DNA of 64,000 nucleotides from Camelus dromedarius (GCF_036321535.1 NC_087437.1:87360001-87424000), one strand, 5' to 3'. Shown: positions 38,400 through 51,929, counted from the first letter of the stretch. Notes: generated by a model not told the origin, from the letters alone. Numbers and translations: made by a program.

Positions 38400-40620
38400 T
38401 AGGTAATTTGTGCCTTTTATCCTTGTTTATATTAATCACTAAATGGGATCCTAGATTCCCAAATCACCCCTTATTGTCCATATTTTAACTTACATATAAG
38501 TAGACAGATCTATTCTGTTATCCCTATTTCCCCCTCTAACCAAATGCCTGAAACCCTTCTACTCTGTCTTCTGGAAATCATAATCCGTTATCAGCAAAAA
38601 CCCTCATAACATCAGTATCTTCTCTGAAAGTTCTCTTAAACTCCATTTCTCTAACTGAAATGTGGATGATAATTTCCCTGCATTTCTCTCAAAGATGGTT
38701 GCTTTGTTATCTTCCACAGTCCTCATAATTTTGGGCCTAGAGTCAAATTGACCATTTCTCTGCTCCTCAAAATCATAACACCTTGAACCTCATCTCATTA
38801 CATTTTCTGTCTCACAACCTCTCATTTATACAGTCATCTACCAACCCTCAGCTTACTCTCCATTATTTCTTGACGATATTCACTCCTTAAACCATCATTA
38901 TTCTTAATTATTAATGATTTCCATGGACAGGTCATAATCTTTGCCTTTTGAATTTTTTTAAATTCTATTATTCCAAATATACTGTCTTCCAATCTATTTC
39001 ATGTCTCACAGATGTAATGGACATATCCTTGTCATTGTCAATAACTGCTAATTGGAATATAACTGTCAACATTGAGTAGGTTAGGTGCAGTAACAAACAA
39101 TCTCTAAAGTTCATGTTCTTATAACAACAAATGTTTCTTTATTGCTCATATGAATTCTGCTGTGTCTCTAGGCACTTCTCCAGGGCACTTCTCTACATAT
39201 GCTGGTCCCATGTTGCATTTCTGTTAACTTGTGTTTCCATGGTTGCTACCTCTTGGGAGACACACATCTGCACTGAAAATTAAACTCTACCTCCTGGATA
39301 GTGTTCCCATCCAGAATCACAATGTCATATATCCAATCATATAACTACTCCCACCATTTTTCACAGGTTACCTCCTGTAAGACTCAAATCTCATTATATT
39401 TTCAAATACATTGCAACTGAAAGTCATTGATCTCAAAACATTTTCACTGTCTCTTTCACTTTCAAGATACCCCTTCTTCTCTACTAAAACCCAGCCTAAG
39501 TATATTCAAGTAAATCATTAACATTTCTCTGAATATGCCCTCATCTTCCAATATTTACCACTTCTTCCAGTATTCATTTGCTTGATTGTATTCTCAATCT
39601 TGCTTAAATATGGCTTGTTATACACTTATATTTTTGTCCAGGTCTAGAGAATACAAATAGCTACTTTTATTGCCTTAACTTTGAGTTTCTTACCAGAAAA
39701 ATCAACTGGACTTACTATCTGGCAATGAAACTACATTTCCCTAATTTATTCGGTCTTCCACTTTCCTGGAGTACTAATTTACTCCCTTTTTTCTTTTCTC
39801 AAGACATAACACAGTATTTCCTATCCTCATTCTCAAATAATGACTGTTCCTGCCTTACTAAGAGAAGTGACATCATCAGAGGAGAACTTCCTCAAGCTCA
39901 TACCATCCCACCAATCCACCTAATGTCAGCAATAACCATATTTCTGCCTTCTTATCCATTTATAAAAATGAAATGTATCTGCCTATATCTAAGGCGAAGC
40001 TCTAGTGCACTAGATTCTCATTCCTACTGAGGGATCTTTTCTGTTTGTTTTTATCCTTTCTTTATCCTATAATTTCAAATTGGAGTTTTCCACTGCATCT
40101 TCACATGAGTATACAGAGCTGTTTTGGACATACCATGTAACTGTAAATCCTGCTGGCTCTCAATAAAGTTTTAAAATAACTATCCTCTGTTCCTTACCTT
40201 GACATATATGATTTGCTTCTTGAATCCTTGTGACTGTCTCCTAATCTGGTCCTCCTGTAGTATTTTCCAGAATACAACTAATTCTCTCCATCTTCCTCAC
40301 TACCACCATATCCAAGTCACAATCTATTCTTGCCTGGAACTGTTCTCTCACCTCCATAGAATAGTGCAATAGGAGACTGACTGAGCTTATTCTTTGCATG
40401 TTTTCCTTCCTTAAGTTATTTATGACAGAGCGCATCATGTGTCTTTTAAACTTTAAGCATATTCGAGTCACTCATTGTCATAAAACCCTCTCTATCAGAA
40501 AAAATCCCAACATCTTACTATGGCCTTGAAAGTCCTGTTTCTCTGATTACTACCTGCTATGCTGCCTCACCTCATCTCACTCTGTTCCTCTGTCCCTTGT
40601 TCCTCTCCACATTGTCCTGT
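38400..40620 (+). mobile_element. Long degenerate L2 LINE, from the endonuclease region to the 3' part
   Basis: C/T-rich on plus, with L2 motifs 'ctctaactgaaatgtgg', 'cagtcatctacc', 'catcagaggagaacttcctca' and 'ctccatcttcctcactaccaccatatccaagtcac..cttgcctggaact'. Confidence 0.75.
39062..39300 (-). mobile_element. MLT1-type LTR fragment nested in L2
   Basis: 'taggttaggtgcagtaacaaacaatctctaaa...cttataacaacaaatgtttcttt..gctcata'. Confidence 0.6.
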
Positions 40621-40629
40621 TCTGTTGTT

Positions 40630-40682
40630 TTACAACACCAAGTTTGTAGTAATTTGTTATAGCAGCCTTTGGAAACTAATAT
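40630..40682 (+). mobile_element. MLT1 LTR 3' tip
   Basis: 'caccaagtttgtagtaatttgttatagcagcctttggaaactaata'. Confidence 0.7.
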
Positions 40683-40987
40683 ATAAGAGAAATGGCAGGG
40701 TATTTTTTTTTCGTCCCTTAGGGTAGAATCTTTGAGGCATAAGGAAATATGTCGTTTTGTTAAATGATGAATATCATGGTATTGTATTAATATTTATCAG
40801 GATGTCTACTTGGCAAGAATATTACACAAAATTTGAAAAGGAAATGAAAATGACTCATTTGATGGCAAGGGCTAAGTCTGTGATCTTTTCATTTAGACAT
40901 CATCCATAATTTGAAATTATTCAAAATATCCATCTACTTTTGGTCACATGTGTTTTTCTTATACGTTTTGTCTCTGTTGTAGTCACT

Positions 40988-41350
40988 GTGTAAAATTAGA
41001 GCGGATCTCCCCACAAATGTGGTTTCTGTGTCAAACCTGATGGTACTCCACACATACCAAGAGTTTATGAAAAGGTTCATTACTTAAATGATGGGGTTTT
41101 CTAGGGAGAACAGGGCATGCCCCCCAGGCTGATCCAAAAGTTGCTTGAGAGAGCAAAGAGATGATGCTGGATTTAGGGTTTTTATGGTAATTGGGTGAGG
41201 GGTTCATGGTTAGGATCCTGTGTGTTTGAATTTCTCATCATCATCGAAAGAGGAAGCACCAGGATTTCTTATCAGCTTGCCCCGAGGTAGAGCAGCAGCG
41301 GCCAGAGGGAAGAGTGAGACTTAAACTACCAAAAAATGGAGTCAGATGAT
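40988..41350 (-). mobile_element. Probable ERV solo LTR (family uncertain)
   Basis: GC-richer block with antisense LTR hallmarks: 'accaagagtttatgaaaaggttcattact' (poly(A) region) and 'ggtttttatgg' (TATA region). Confidence 0.5.
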
Positions 41351-43079
41351 CACAATCTCCATAAAATTATTAAATGTAGCAAGTATTGGTTGTTGCTCTT
41401 CCTCTATTCCTTTTTCTACAGTGGTTGATTTTTTCCCCTCTCCAGTTCATCCTCCTCAGTCTGTTTTCTTCTATTTCCCTCTGACTGTGAATTAAGCCAC
41501 CCACAGCCACTGGCATTTGAATTAAGTAACTGAGGCTGAAGGAGATCTTGACTTTGCTTATTAGTGACGAGCACTGCTTCCCCGGAATCAGGGGGTCTTT
41601 GACTTTCTCATGTTTACACATGAATGTTTACACTCGTACTCATGCACTTACCAAAAACACAAGCAATCTGGTAATCTGTAATTATCTGGCCGACTAAAGC
41701 TTTCTGTCCTATCTTGAAAGTAAGTATTGCAAGGTGGCATAAATATGTACCTGATCAAGGGAGAGGTCTCTTGAGTGTAGGATTCCAATTTTATATAATG
41801 ATGTTCAGTCACTATCTGATGCCACTCTATATTTTATCAGCCTCAGAAGATACGCAAGGCACTTTGCTATTTTCTCTAATAGCTGTCCCATCAGACAAGT
41901 GATTGTATCTCATTGGAAAAGTAGAAATGAAGAAACCTATTCTTCATTCCTCAAAGATTGTGAAATTGTCTGATTTAGAATAAACTATATGGCAATCTTG
42001 CCCACTATAATGATGCTGCAAAGCACAGTTTCTAGTAGAACTTTGTCGAGAGAAATGCATTAAACAGATTGCTCATGGAGTAGTTTCTGTAATTACATGA
42101 TGTGCATATCAAGATGGGTTTATGCATTGCATTTTATATCACCATTCTTGTTCCTGCAAAAATATTTTATTAACCTAAAAGCAAATAACTGACATGTTAA
42201 TGCCCAACATCACAGTCAAATGACATTTATAATAATACCCAGTAAATCTATAAAACCCTTCACTACACTAACATAATTAAATTGAAAAATAACAGCAGCA
42301 ATGTAATACAGGATGGCTTTTAATTCCATCCATTTAGAGGCAAGGATACTTTCCAACTTTAGAACTGGCTCCAAATAAAATATAAATATATATGCAAGTA
42401 AATATAGTTCATGTACATTATTTTATCCTTTAAAACATTTAACTTTATGATAAAATTATATTTAAATATTATTCAGTATTCAAAGAAAGAGGAAAGGACA
42501 TCAATAGCACACTTTTAAAATTTGTATTTTCTCTTTTAGTAAATTGTTGATCTGTCTTTTTTTGGGGGTCATTGTATAATCTATACAGGTTAAAACCTCC
42601 ATTTTGTTTTTTGTTTTAATCTTGTTTATCCTTTTGTTATTTTATCTTAAGTATTCATATTCTCATTTTAGTGATTCTTGAAGTTTATTTCCAGGAATGT
42701 CTTATTTCCCAGAAGGAAAGTTAGGAAAGTTAGAAAAGATGAATAAAGGAATCCACAGTGAAAATTCTGAGGGCTTTACATGTAACTGAGAGAAAAGCCA
42801 CAGAAATTTCATAAATCAAGTGAAGATATTGGCCAATGAATACATAGGCATTAGTAGACACATATATTACAGTTCAATATACGTACAACCGCTTAGAAAA
42901 TTATATACAGTTTCATAGGGTCTGTGGTGTAGACGGAGTATTCTCGCTCTTTTTCCTTGTGTTGATTGTATCAAAAGTACCAGAACCTGATTGTATTTTA
43001 AGATACATTATGTAAGAGGGGAGGATGCTGTTAATAATGTATTAAACGTTCTAGACTTATATACACATGAAATTTTAAA

Positions 43080-43200
43080 ACTAGAAAGAAGTTAGTAATC
43101 ATTAGGAGACCAATTTATAAAAAGGTATAGTGACTTGGTGAATGTCACACAGTGATTAGGTGGCATAGCTAGGATTTGAAATCTTGTGGTTTAACTTTAT
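43080..43200 (-). mobile_element. MIR fragment
   Basis: 'agtgacttggtgaatgtcacacagtgattaggtggcatagctaggatttgaa'. Confidence 0.7.
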
Positions 43201-43526
43201 TGTTCTTTTAATAACTTAGAGCTATCTATTTAAACATATTTGAATTCTATACAATTGCATTTCACTCATCAAGGGAATAAATTAAGGCCAAAATACTGTC
43301 TATAACTATATCAACATTTGAAGATGATCAACATTTGATAGGATGCCTCATTGGTGACTAATACACAATGCAGAGAAATATACACAGAACTTAGTTCAAA
43401 GTAGTACATATTTTTCAAATTATTTCATTTGACTTTTTGTCTAAAAATGTGCCATATATCCACTTTCTTCCTGATCTTGTGTAATTCAAGCAGGAATGTG
43501 GCTTAGAAACTGGATAATAAATAAAA

Positions 43527-43610
43527 GAGGGTGGGAAGAAGGTAGAAAGGGAGGGAGAGAGGGAAGGAGGGAGGGAAGCGGAGAGAGGAAGGAGTGATGG
43601 GAGAAAATAG
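43527..43610. repeat. GA/G-rich low-complexity tract
   Basis: Repeated GGGA/GGAA units. Confidence 0.8.
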
Positions 43611-44129
43611 GAAGTCTTGGATCCTGTCTCCAGAAAAATACTCACATGCACATACATAAACATTTGAATAAAATTAGAATTGTTCCTATAAATAGATAAA
43701 TCACAAGTTAAAAGACTCTTTTATCTTACTTCCATGGTCAAAAGTTCCAATGATTCAAACATTTAAAAATTGTATGATATTTTCGAGTGTATAAGCCATT
43801 TTCCCACCTATTCAAGTCTAAATCCCTTATTTCAGCATTCAAGATTCTCTGCCATCTGTCCTGATTTTTTTCTGCCTAGTCCTAAATGTGATTGCAGATT
43901 TTATATTGATTAAAAAGTGTGATTCTGAAAGACTATTCCTCTTTATCATTGTATTACTATTACTGTTTTTAACCTGAGAGTTTCTCAACGTTTAGAGTAC
44001 CTGACACATAATAGTTGCAATATTTGCTGAATAATCAGATAAATTTATAAATAGATAAATAATAAAGCTCTAACAGGAATTGCTTTAAACTGTTTATTGA
44101 ATTTTCAAATCCATTTTACAGTCATTTTT

Positions 44130-44290
44130 GGTTAGAATATTTGAACTTCAGTTCAAACAGTGGTCTTTTGCTATATTACTAAACAGCCTAACTTCTTTGG
44201 ACTTCTGTTTTCTCATCTGTAAATTAGAGATAATTATCTAGTGGATTATTTGAATAATTAAACAAAACATAAAGGTTAAGAGACACATTT
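44130..44290 (+). mobile_element. MIR fragment
   Basis: 'taacttctttggacttctgttttctcatctgtaaattagagataat'. Confidence 0.7.
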
Positions 44291-44349
44291 TAAATTGTGC
44301 ATTTCTAATTTACAGTGTTAATCATGTTTATATCCTTTACTACGGGATC

Positions 44350-44730
44350 ATAATTGTCGGCCTACATGCTGGGCAAGTTTAGTGTTTTGTTTTGTTTGTT
44401 TTGTTTTGTTTTGCATCCTCATACTCAATACCTCCATAAGTTGAGCAAACATTTGAGAATTGGAATATTTTACATAAAAATCCCTATTCTAGATTTTTTT
44501 AAGGATAACGTTTGAAAACATTTTAGGAAGGAAGGCAGGATATATATATTCACTGTAATCTCTACAGTCCAATTCATATTTGAATTTGTAAACTTGTCAC
44601 ATTGGTTGCAGGAACTCAGAAAGCACCATGAAAACTTTCTCTCTCTTGATCTCTTAACTGACCTTTCAAAACCTGATTCACTCTTATGCCCAGCAGCATG
44701 TGTCTAGATTTTTGAGTTTGCAAACTCTCT
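44350..44730. mobile_element. hAT-Charlie element (MER102-like)
   Basis: 'atattttacataaaaatcc' and terminal 'ttgagtttgcaaactct' resemble MER102. Confidence 0.4.
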
Positions 44731-47700
44731 TTTCTGTAGTAATTTTCCTAAAATAGGCGCCAAATACATATTTGTTCAATGTGAATCTGGTATGATTTGA
44801 AGGCCTCAGTGAGGCATTGTCCCTGCCATAAAATCCTGCTCAAGCAGGGAATTCTACTCGCTATAGATTCATTCTGTTAATTTAGCATTTTGATCCTCAT
44901 TATATTGCAAATATCACTGGGAAAAAATACTGCTCAGTTTTCAATACTTCGTGTTGTAATGCTAATAACAGGTACTGAGTTTCATATTTATTGTGGCATT
45001 TGATACACAAAATTATTCTGTGTGATACCTAAGACATTGCTTTCTAATTGGCTGACTTCTGTCACATTTGGATTCAGAAGATCACACAATGTCATCAAAA
45101 CATGATGACCTTTCAGGTCAGCTTTCCTCAGTGTAGCTACCGTTTTCAGTCAGTTCTCTTCCTCTGGGCCCCAGGAAGCATCAGGATACAGCCTTTCAGA
45201 TTTTGACTTGTTAAACTTCCGACAAGGAGAGAAAAATAATTCTAGCATTGTGCAATCTTAAAAAACAGGTCCCAAAAACAAGAGAAACTTATTCTCTGTA
45301 TGAAATATAGACATAAATAGTAATGCACATAGATGTGTATTTACAATACCAGTTTTTGCAGCAATATTGCATTTCCGCTTCTACTATTCCACTCTAAGAA
45401 GGCTATCATTACATTTGCAGGTAATGAGATTTCAGGGAATTCCATTATCTTTTGGCAGTCAAAATGAGATACACATTTTCATCACCATCTTGTATCTGGA
45501 GAAAGCTAATGGCTGGATCCTGACCTTTTGTGCTTGATGTGGAGGTAGGCAACATCCTTTACACACATGGATTAGTATTTTGGGAATATATTTAATGGTA
45601 GCAAGAATCAGAACACACACTTTATGGATCTACTAGGTACAGAGTTATGTCATAATTCAATAGTGATTTATGAAATGGAAGCAAAAACTACCCTAATGGT
45701 GGAACCATCTCCTTCACAGGCATAAACTGTATTATTTTTCTCCAGATACTGGAAAAAGTTACTTCTGTTTCTATACAGCAAACAATTGGCAGGAGTATGG
45801 ACAGACTGATTCTGAATCCAACATTAGTGTGGACAGAAAAAATGTGTAAGAGCACCTTGTGTCTATTTGGAGTGTGGTTTAAACTTTTAAGTGACTTTTT
45901 GTGTGCTGTCATGGGAAATGAATAGCTATTTATGGATCTTGAATAATACTAAGAGTTTTACTTGAATTTATTTTAACATTTTAACTCATATTTTTTAATT
46001 GCTCAAGTCTGCTACCAAATTTGAGCTTAGCTATTTCTTATTAAGATAAAAGTATTACTAAGTACACATTTGATAAAAATGTGTTTAATAGGTTAAGAAG
46101 ATAGTTGATGCTAGTGTCTGCTTAATGTTAAGATATTAAGTTGTAAAAAATTAGTCCTTTTTTTGTTTCGTTTTTACACCAAGATAGCATCCTGTCATAG
46201 CCACTGACCCCTATATCAAGTAGCACTAGGAAGATAAAAGTTTTATTTTACCCTTTCCTATAAGCTTAAGCTATAAGATTGTGGTGAAGGTATAATTGCA
46301 TATTAGGGAAATGAAGTCAGTTTTAGATTCTTTTTGATTAGGAGTTATTTTATTAAAAATACTATTTTCTTTTTCCTATGTTCTGAATTATTTTCAAGTA
46401 TGCAACATATTATCCTAAATATACATAAATCTTTGCCAAAGGCAAGTCAAATCCATGTTTTAAGTCACTGAAATAAAAATTTTCACCACTAACTCCCACC
46501 AAGTCTAACATATGAACAGTCAGCATAAAGCACTTCTATTAACAATTTGTAGAGCCCTTATCTCTGCTGGTTTTAAGCTGAATAACAGATTTCATGTAGG
46601 TCTATAGTTCTTTATAGATTATAAAACATTTAATGCCTATTTTCTCCAGCACCTGTGTCAGTTCTGTGAAATTAAGTATTTGAGGAGGTATATTGCAGGC
46701 CTCATATTCGAAATTACAGATTCCTGCCAGCCATGCACTCATGGTTAAAAGAATCCATGTGTCTGCCTACGCATCTCCCACACTGCCAGACAGTGATATA
46801 AAATGAGACTCAACCATCGATTAATGCACCCGTCAGATATTCTTTTATTTCAGTCATGTAGTTTAGTTTTCAGTGTTTCATATTTAAAACTTACATATTT
46901 TCTTCCATTTAGGATGACTAAGTGGAGGCAGTAAAATTTATGTAGAAATTATTCATGAGGAAACGTTGTTTTTCAAAACTTACTCATATGTCTGTTAAAC
47001 AATCTATACGACTGCAATCTTCATATTACTCTGTTAAGTGACTAGTGCTGTTTACAAGTAAACTATCACTTCACATACTAAATGCAAATATTTTCAACAA
47101 TTTTGATTTTTTGGGTTTTGGTACTGTCTGGATACCTAAACCTAAGGATATGTGTGTCCGTTTCCTCCACTGTGCAGAGAATACAGAGCTTACTTATATT
47201 TGGCAGCATGGACATTACCGGGTTTCTCTTTCATCCCTCATTAATAAGATAAAATATAGATAAATATATAGCCTTAATGTATGAGTCTTATCTGTGCTTC
47301 AATATTAAAATGATCAAATAGGAAAAAGAAAAAACCTTGCAAACTAAACTCATCTGACATTAATAAACCCCATCTGCCATTTTATGGCACATACACAGGC
47401 TGCTATAGGAAGATGCCAAGACAATTTAGAATTTCCTTCTGTAAGAGCTGAGCCAGAACTAATTTCATTCAAAGGATAAATGAGCAAAGTATTCCTTTGC
47501 CAACTGACAAAATGTAATGATTCATGATTAATGGATCCTTGTATTTTTCTTCGAAGACCTCTTCTTTCAGCATGGCAATACTGTAATCAGTGCAGGAGGA
47601 GAACCTGAAACTTTAAATGTGAGGGCAGCAAATCTGATCTATATTTTATGGTTAGGATTGGCTCATTATTAGTGAAGAGAATGATTGATGATAGAAAAGG

Positions 47701-50597
47701 CTGTCTTTTCAACCTTATAGGGCATATGCTAAAAATATTTTAAAACATTTGTCTGCTCTAGATGAGACAACATTAAGTTTTCTTAGGAAACAAGTTTTTG
47801 CTGTTAAAATGTTTTTGCTCTGGTGATCAAATCTGTTACTTAAAAAAATCATTAAGAGTTGTTGACTCAATCTCTTATGACTTTTTTAATTATAAAATTG
47901 GAATCACTCTTTGGTAGAATTAACAGTCTTTTTAATGTTAGCTGTAGAGTAAAACAGTAGCTTATATATTGTTAAATAATTTAGGAAAAGCACTTCTGAT
48001 GGAAAATAAGAATGTGTTCTATTTTTACCCCTAATGATGAATGTGAAGTAAATATAAGAAAAAAATTAATCAGCACCCATTTCTTTACCATCCTTATTGT
48101 CAATGATATTAGTGCCTACAGTGTGTGAAAATATTTCCCCAAACTCTTATCAGAACAAGGTAATTCTCATTGGTAATCTGTTTGGGTTTCTCCTTTGATG
48201 TTGGGAAATTATTTAGTGACAAAATACACTACTGCCAGTTTATAACCAGCATAATTTATAGATATCTTGCTCCTAAGTAATGGGAAGATTTTGTAAAAAA
48301 AGAGATCAATAAAAATTTAAAAATTTGTTGATCATATTGTGAAAGGAATGTGAAAGGATGATTAGTCACTTGAATAAAAGTTTATATTAATAAGCATGGT
48401 ATACAGTCTGATTAAAAGCCAATAAAATGGCCACATTTTAAAATATCTCATGAAACAAAATTATACATACAAAAATTTTATTGGTCAATAAAACTCTTGC
48501 CTGAATAACTTTTTTGGTTATAAAATTTACATAGATGTATATTTACTTATTATGTGCTTAAATGTTACCATCATTAAAAACCAGATAAAACTAAAGCAGT
48601 ATATATTAGAATAAACCATATGAAATTGAGTAATTCCAGTTTTTTTCACTACAAAAATGAGAATTTTATTTATGCAAATTGTAAAAGGGCTGGTAAGTAT
48701 TCCAGTCATCTCTTCTAGTTCTGTTAAAGGAGAAGACTTGAGTTATCCAATATGTGTACAATAAAGTGCTTGGAACAGTAACTGGCAAAAACTTATTATT
48801 TCTTCTTCATCACAATTATCATTATCGTTATCAAACAGTTAACAGGATCAAGTGACAGGATTTCCAATGTCAATAGCAGTGAAACCAATAGAAAATCTCA
48901 GAAGGTATTCAGTGGCAGTAAAAAAAAAATTATTCACAACTGGTATATCTAGAGAGAAACATTGGGATGAAGGCTAATTTATTCCTCAGTAACATACGGC
49001 GGTAATATCTACTTTTGAGGTCCTTCTTTTGATAAAATGAGATCATGTATAAAAAGCTACCATGATAGTGCTTGACTCATAGTAACCTCTATAAAAGAAC
49101 AATTATTCTTTTTTTAATGACATCTATTCAAAATTTCTTTTTCTCATGACACAGACATATGTTTTTTATTATGATAAGTGACATGCCAACTTAATTTAGT
49201 GTATTTTGAAAATTAAAGACAGTCTCATTGTAATGAGTCTCATTCTTTTGTAAAAAATAAAATATTCATATTAAAATACATATTGGGAAGCTATAGTTAA
49301 AGATTTTACATTGGGCTGCTAGCATTAATAATGTTCATTATATTGATGCTATGATGTGTATCAGGTGAAACTTGATTAACATTATGTTAAGATGGACACT
49401 ACCCGGAAGTCAACAGTTAGGCTAATTCAGGTACAATTAATTCTCTTGTTTTGTCTTGGTAGTTACTGCATTCTAATTTGAGACAAGAAGTGTATAGTTT
49501 CTCAACACTTTTTTCAGAATTATTGTACAACTCAAAAAATTAAAGTATGACAAATCCTGTTAAACCCTAATGTTTCCTAAAAGGCTTTCTGAGTTGTTTT
49601 TTTTTTTTTTGTATATTTGTTTATTTTGCTTGTTTTTGTTTGTTTTTTACTGTTTATTCTTAATGTCTAAAAAGAGGTAATTATTTTGCAATCCAGTAGT
49701 GTATTTAGAGTGCTTTGCGGAGTAGAAGAACTGTGTGTGCTGTTGTAGATGTATGAATAAAACAGTAAAAAATATTTCCTTTCCCTTTCTTTTTCTATTC
49801 CCTTACTTCCGTTCCTTAATACACACAAAAGGGGCTTAATTTTGAATTAGACATTCTGACATTCTTCTAATTCACTCAACACATTAAATAGATAAACTGG
49901 AACTAGCAGCTCTAGATTGCTGTTGGATTGAATGAATTTTAATTATTCTATCTCAAATTTTCCACGTTTTCAACCTCTTAACGTTCAACTACTTACTTTA
50001 GGCTTAATGACCATGACAACAAAAAATGTATTCATTGTGAATATAAAAGAAACAGGAAAGAAGGGAAAACTTTGATCTGATGATTGAATTTTAAATATCA
50101 AGATTCTCAAGATGTATAATGCCATTTAGTTCAGCTCCTTAGTCCTGAGTGTATTTGTTGGGTGAGAATCTTTTGAGAGACGTTATGTATCACGTGAATT
50201 CACAAAACTTCAGAGTCAGTTCTGTTTTCCCAACTATAAGCAGGATAAACATTTACTATGGTACCCAGTAAACAAATGTTCCCCTTTCTGGGTAGGCTGT
50301 CGTGGTATTTTTTTCTTCACATTTTCATCTTGTTGTTTTTTTACAGTAAACATAAATCGAACATGATAGTATAATGTTGTTGTTTAATTTAATACTGACT
50401 CATCTGTTTAATTGTTTTTCATGTTTTTATTTGTAAATATATTTCCCCATCTCCTTCATAAGAGTAGCTAAAGGCAAAAGACTAATCTGATACAGTTCAT
50501 ACCCATGATATTTCATTAGAAGATGCCCTGTCCTTTGGCTGGCTGGAGAGTTGGATAGCTGATTTGTGTAGAGATTCATAGCACTGTGATAGATAAT

Positions 50598-50688
50598 GAC
50601 TTTGTCATTAATTATTAGCCTGGAATTCTGGGGCTGTGCCCCCAGTATTCAGCCCCAGAATTTCAGACTATTAATTAATGACAAAGTC
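50598..50688. repeat. Inverted repeat with 39-bp arms, 3 mismatches and a 13-nt loop
   Basis: GACTTTGTCATTAATTATTAGCCTGGAATTCTGGGGCTG (50598-50636) pairs with CAGCCCCAGAATTTCAGACTATTAATTAATGACAAAGTC (50650-50688). Confidence 0.97.
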
Positions 50689-51536
50689 CTTCCCTTAAAA
50701 ACTTTTTCCCCTCAGAAAATGCTTCCAAAATACATTCCTAAATAAAACCTCTCCCTGGCACTTCTTTCCCACAGACATCAAAAATATACAAAACTTTCCT
50801 TTACAAGAGATTTTCGGATTGGGCCTAATGCATTTTGAAAAAGAGGATAGAGATTAAGAAGAAAAGAATTGCTGCAAAGAGCATGGGGCATCTAACAGTT
50901 TAGCAAAACCCACAAAGCCCTGACACCTACCTTCTTGCTTTTTTTCTTCCTAACTATATTCTTTTTTCCCCTGTGATTTCCATCAGAAACCCCTCCTCTC
51001 TTCTGAGATGTCGCTTTTGTTCACATGCGTGGTTGATCACATAACTGAGATTTAGGCTGAAACCAAGTGACAGTGCAACCAAGTCTGGATTTTCCATCTT
51101 CCATTTTCCATCCCTGTTGCTAGGTCTTTGATATTTGGAGACTTGGTCAGAGAAATGAATTGCTTTTCAATGTTTACTTTAAAAAAAAAATTCTTCAGTC
51201 TATCAGACCAAAGGAGAAATATTAAGCATGGAGGAGAAATAACAATTTGAGGATATAAAGTAAAACCATAATAAGTAAAAAAAAATTAATTTGTATAAAA
51301 CTTTATAAAATTTTGTTACTTTAAATCCTTCAGCAGCTGCTGAGTTGAGTACTCGTTTGTTCTGAATGTATCACATGGCTGGATATTATGCTAACTTTAA
51401 AATATACAATTAAGCCACTTTGCAGAACCAACAGCACTCAAGGAGCACCTGAAGGAACCATCATTATTTAATAAGCATATGCTCATTATGATTAATACAC
51501 AGGACTTTTGATTGTTTATTTCAACAAAACTTCGTT

Positions 51537-51594
51537 AAAAGCTCTTAGGTGAATTTGAAATCTGAAAAAAAAAAAAAAAAAAAAAAAAAGCTCT
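51537..51594 (+). mobile_element. Micro retro-insertion: 19 nt plus poly(A), flanked by TSD AAAAGCTCT
   Basis: tt|AAAAGCTCT - taggtgaatttgaaatctg - poly(A) - AAAAGCTCT. The A run is 25 nt including the four As of the second TSD. Confidence 0.7.
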
Positions 51595-51929
51595 CTGTGT
51601 AGCCCTAGGGGGAGAAATTAACTTTTCTATTTTTAAAACTAAGGCTGAATTGAAAGACTAAGCATTCACAAAACAGGTTATCAAAAAATGATATAAATAG
51701 TGATAAAAATTTTCTTTTCTTCACTCATTTATTCATCTACTCAACAGATATGGATAGAGTATCCACTGAATGTCAGATATGTTAAGACACTGGGTAAAGT
51801 GAATAGCTTTCTAGCCTTTCAAAAGTACTTCCTTCGACATTCTATAATTTTCTATAATTTGATAGTAATGATGTTTTCTAGTAATGCATCAGGTGATACC
51901 AATTCCCATTTACTTTCTAAATGCAGTTT

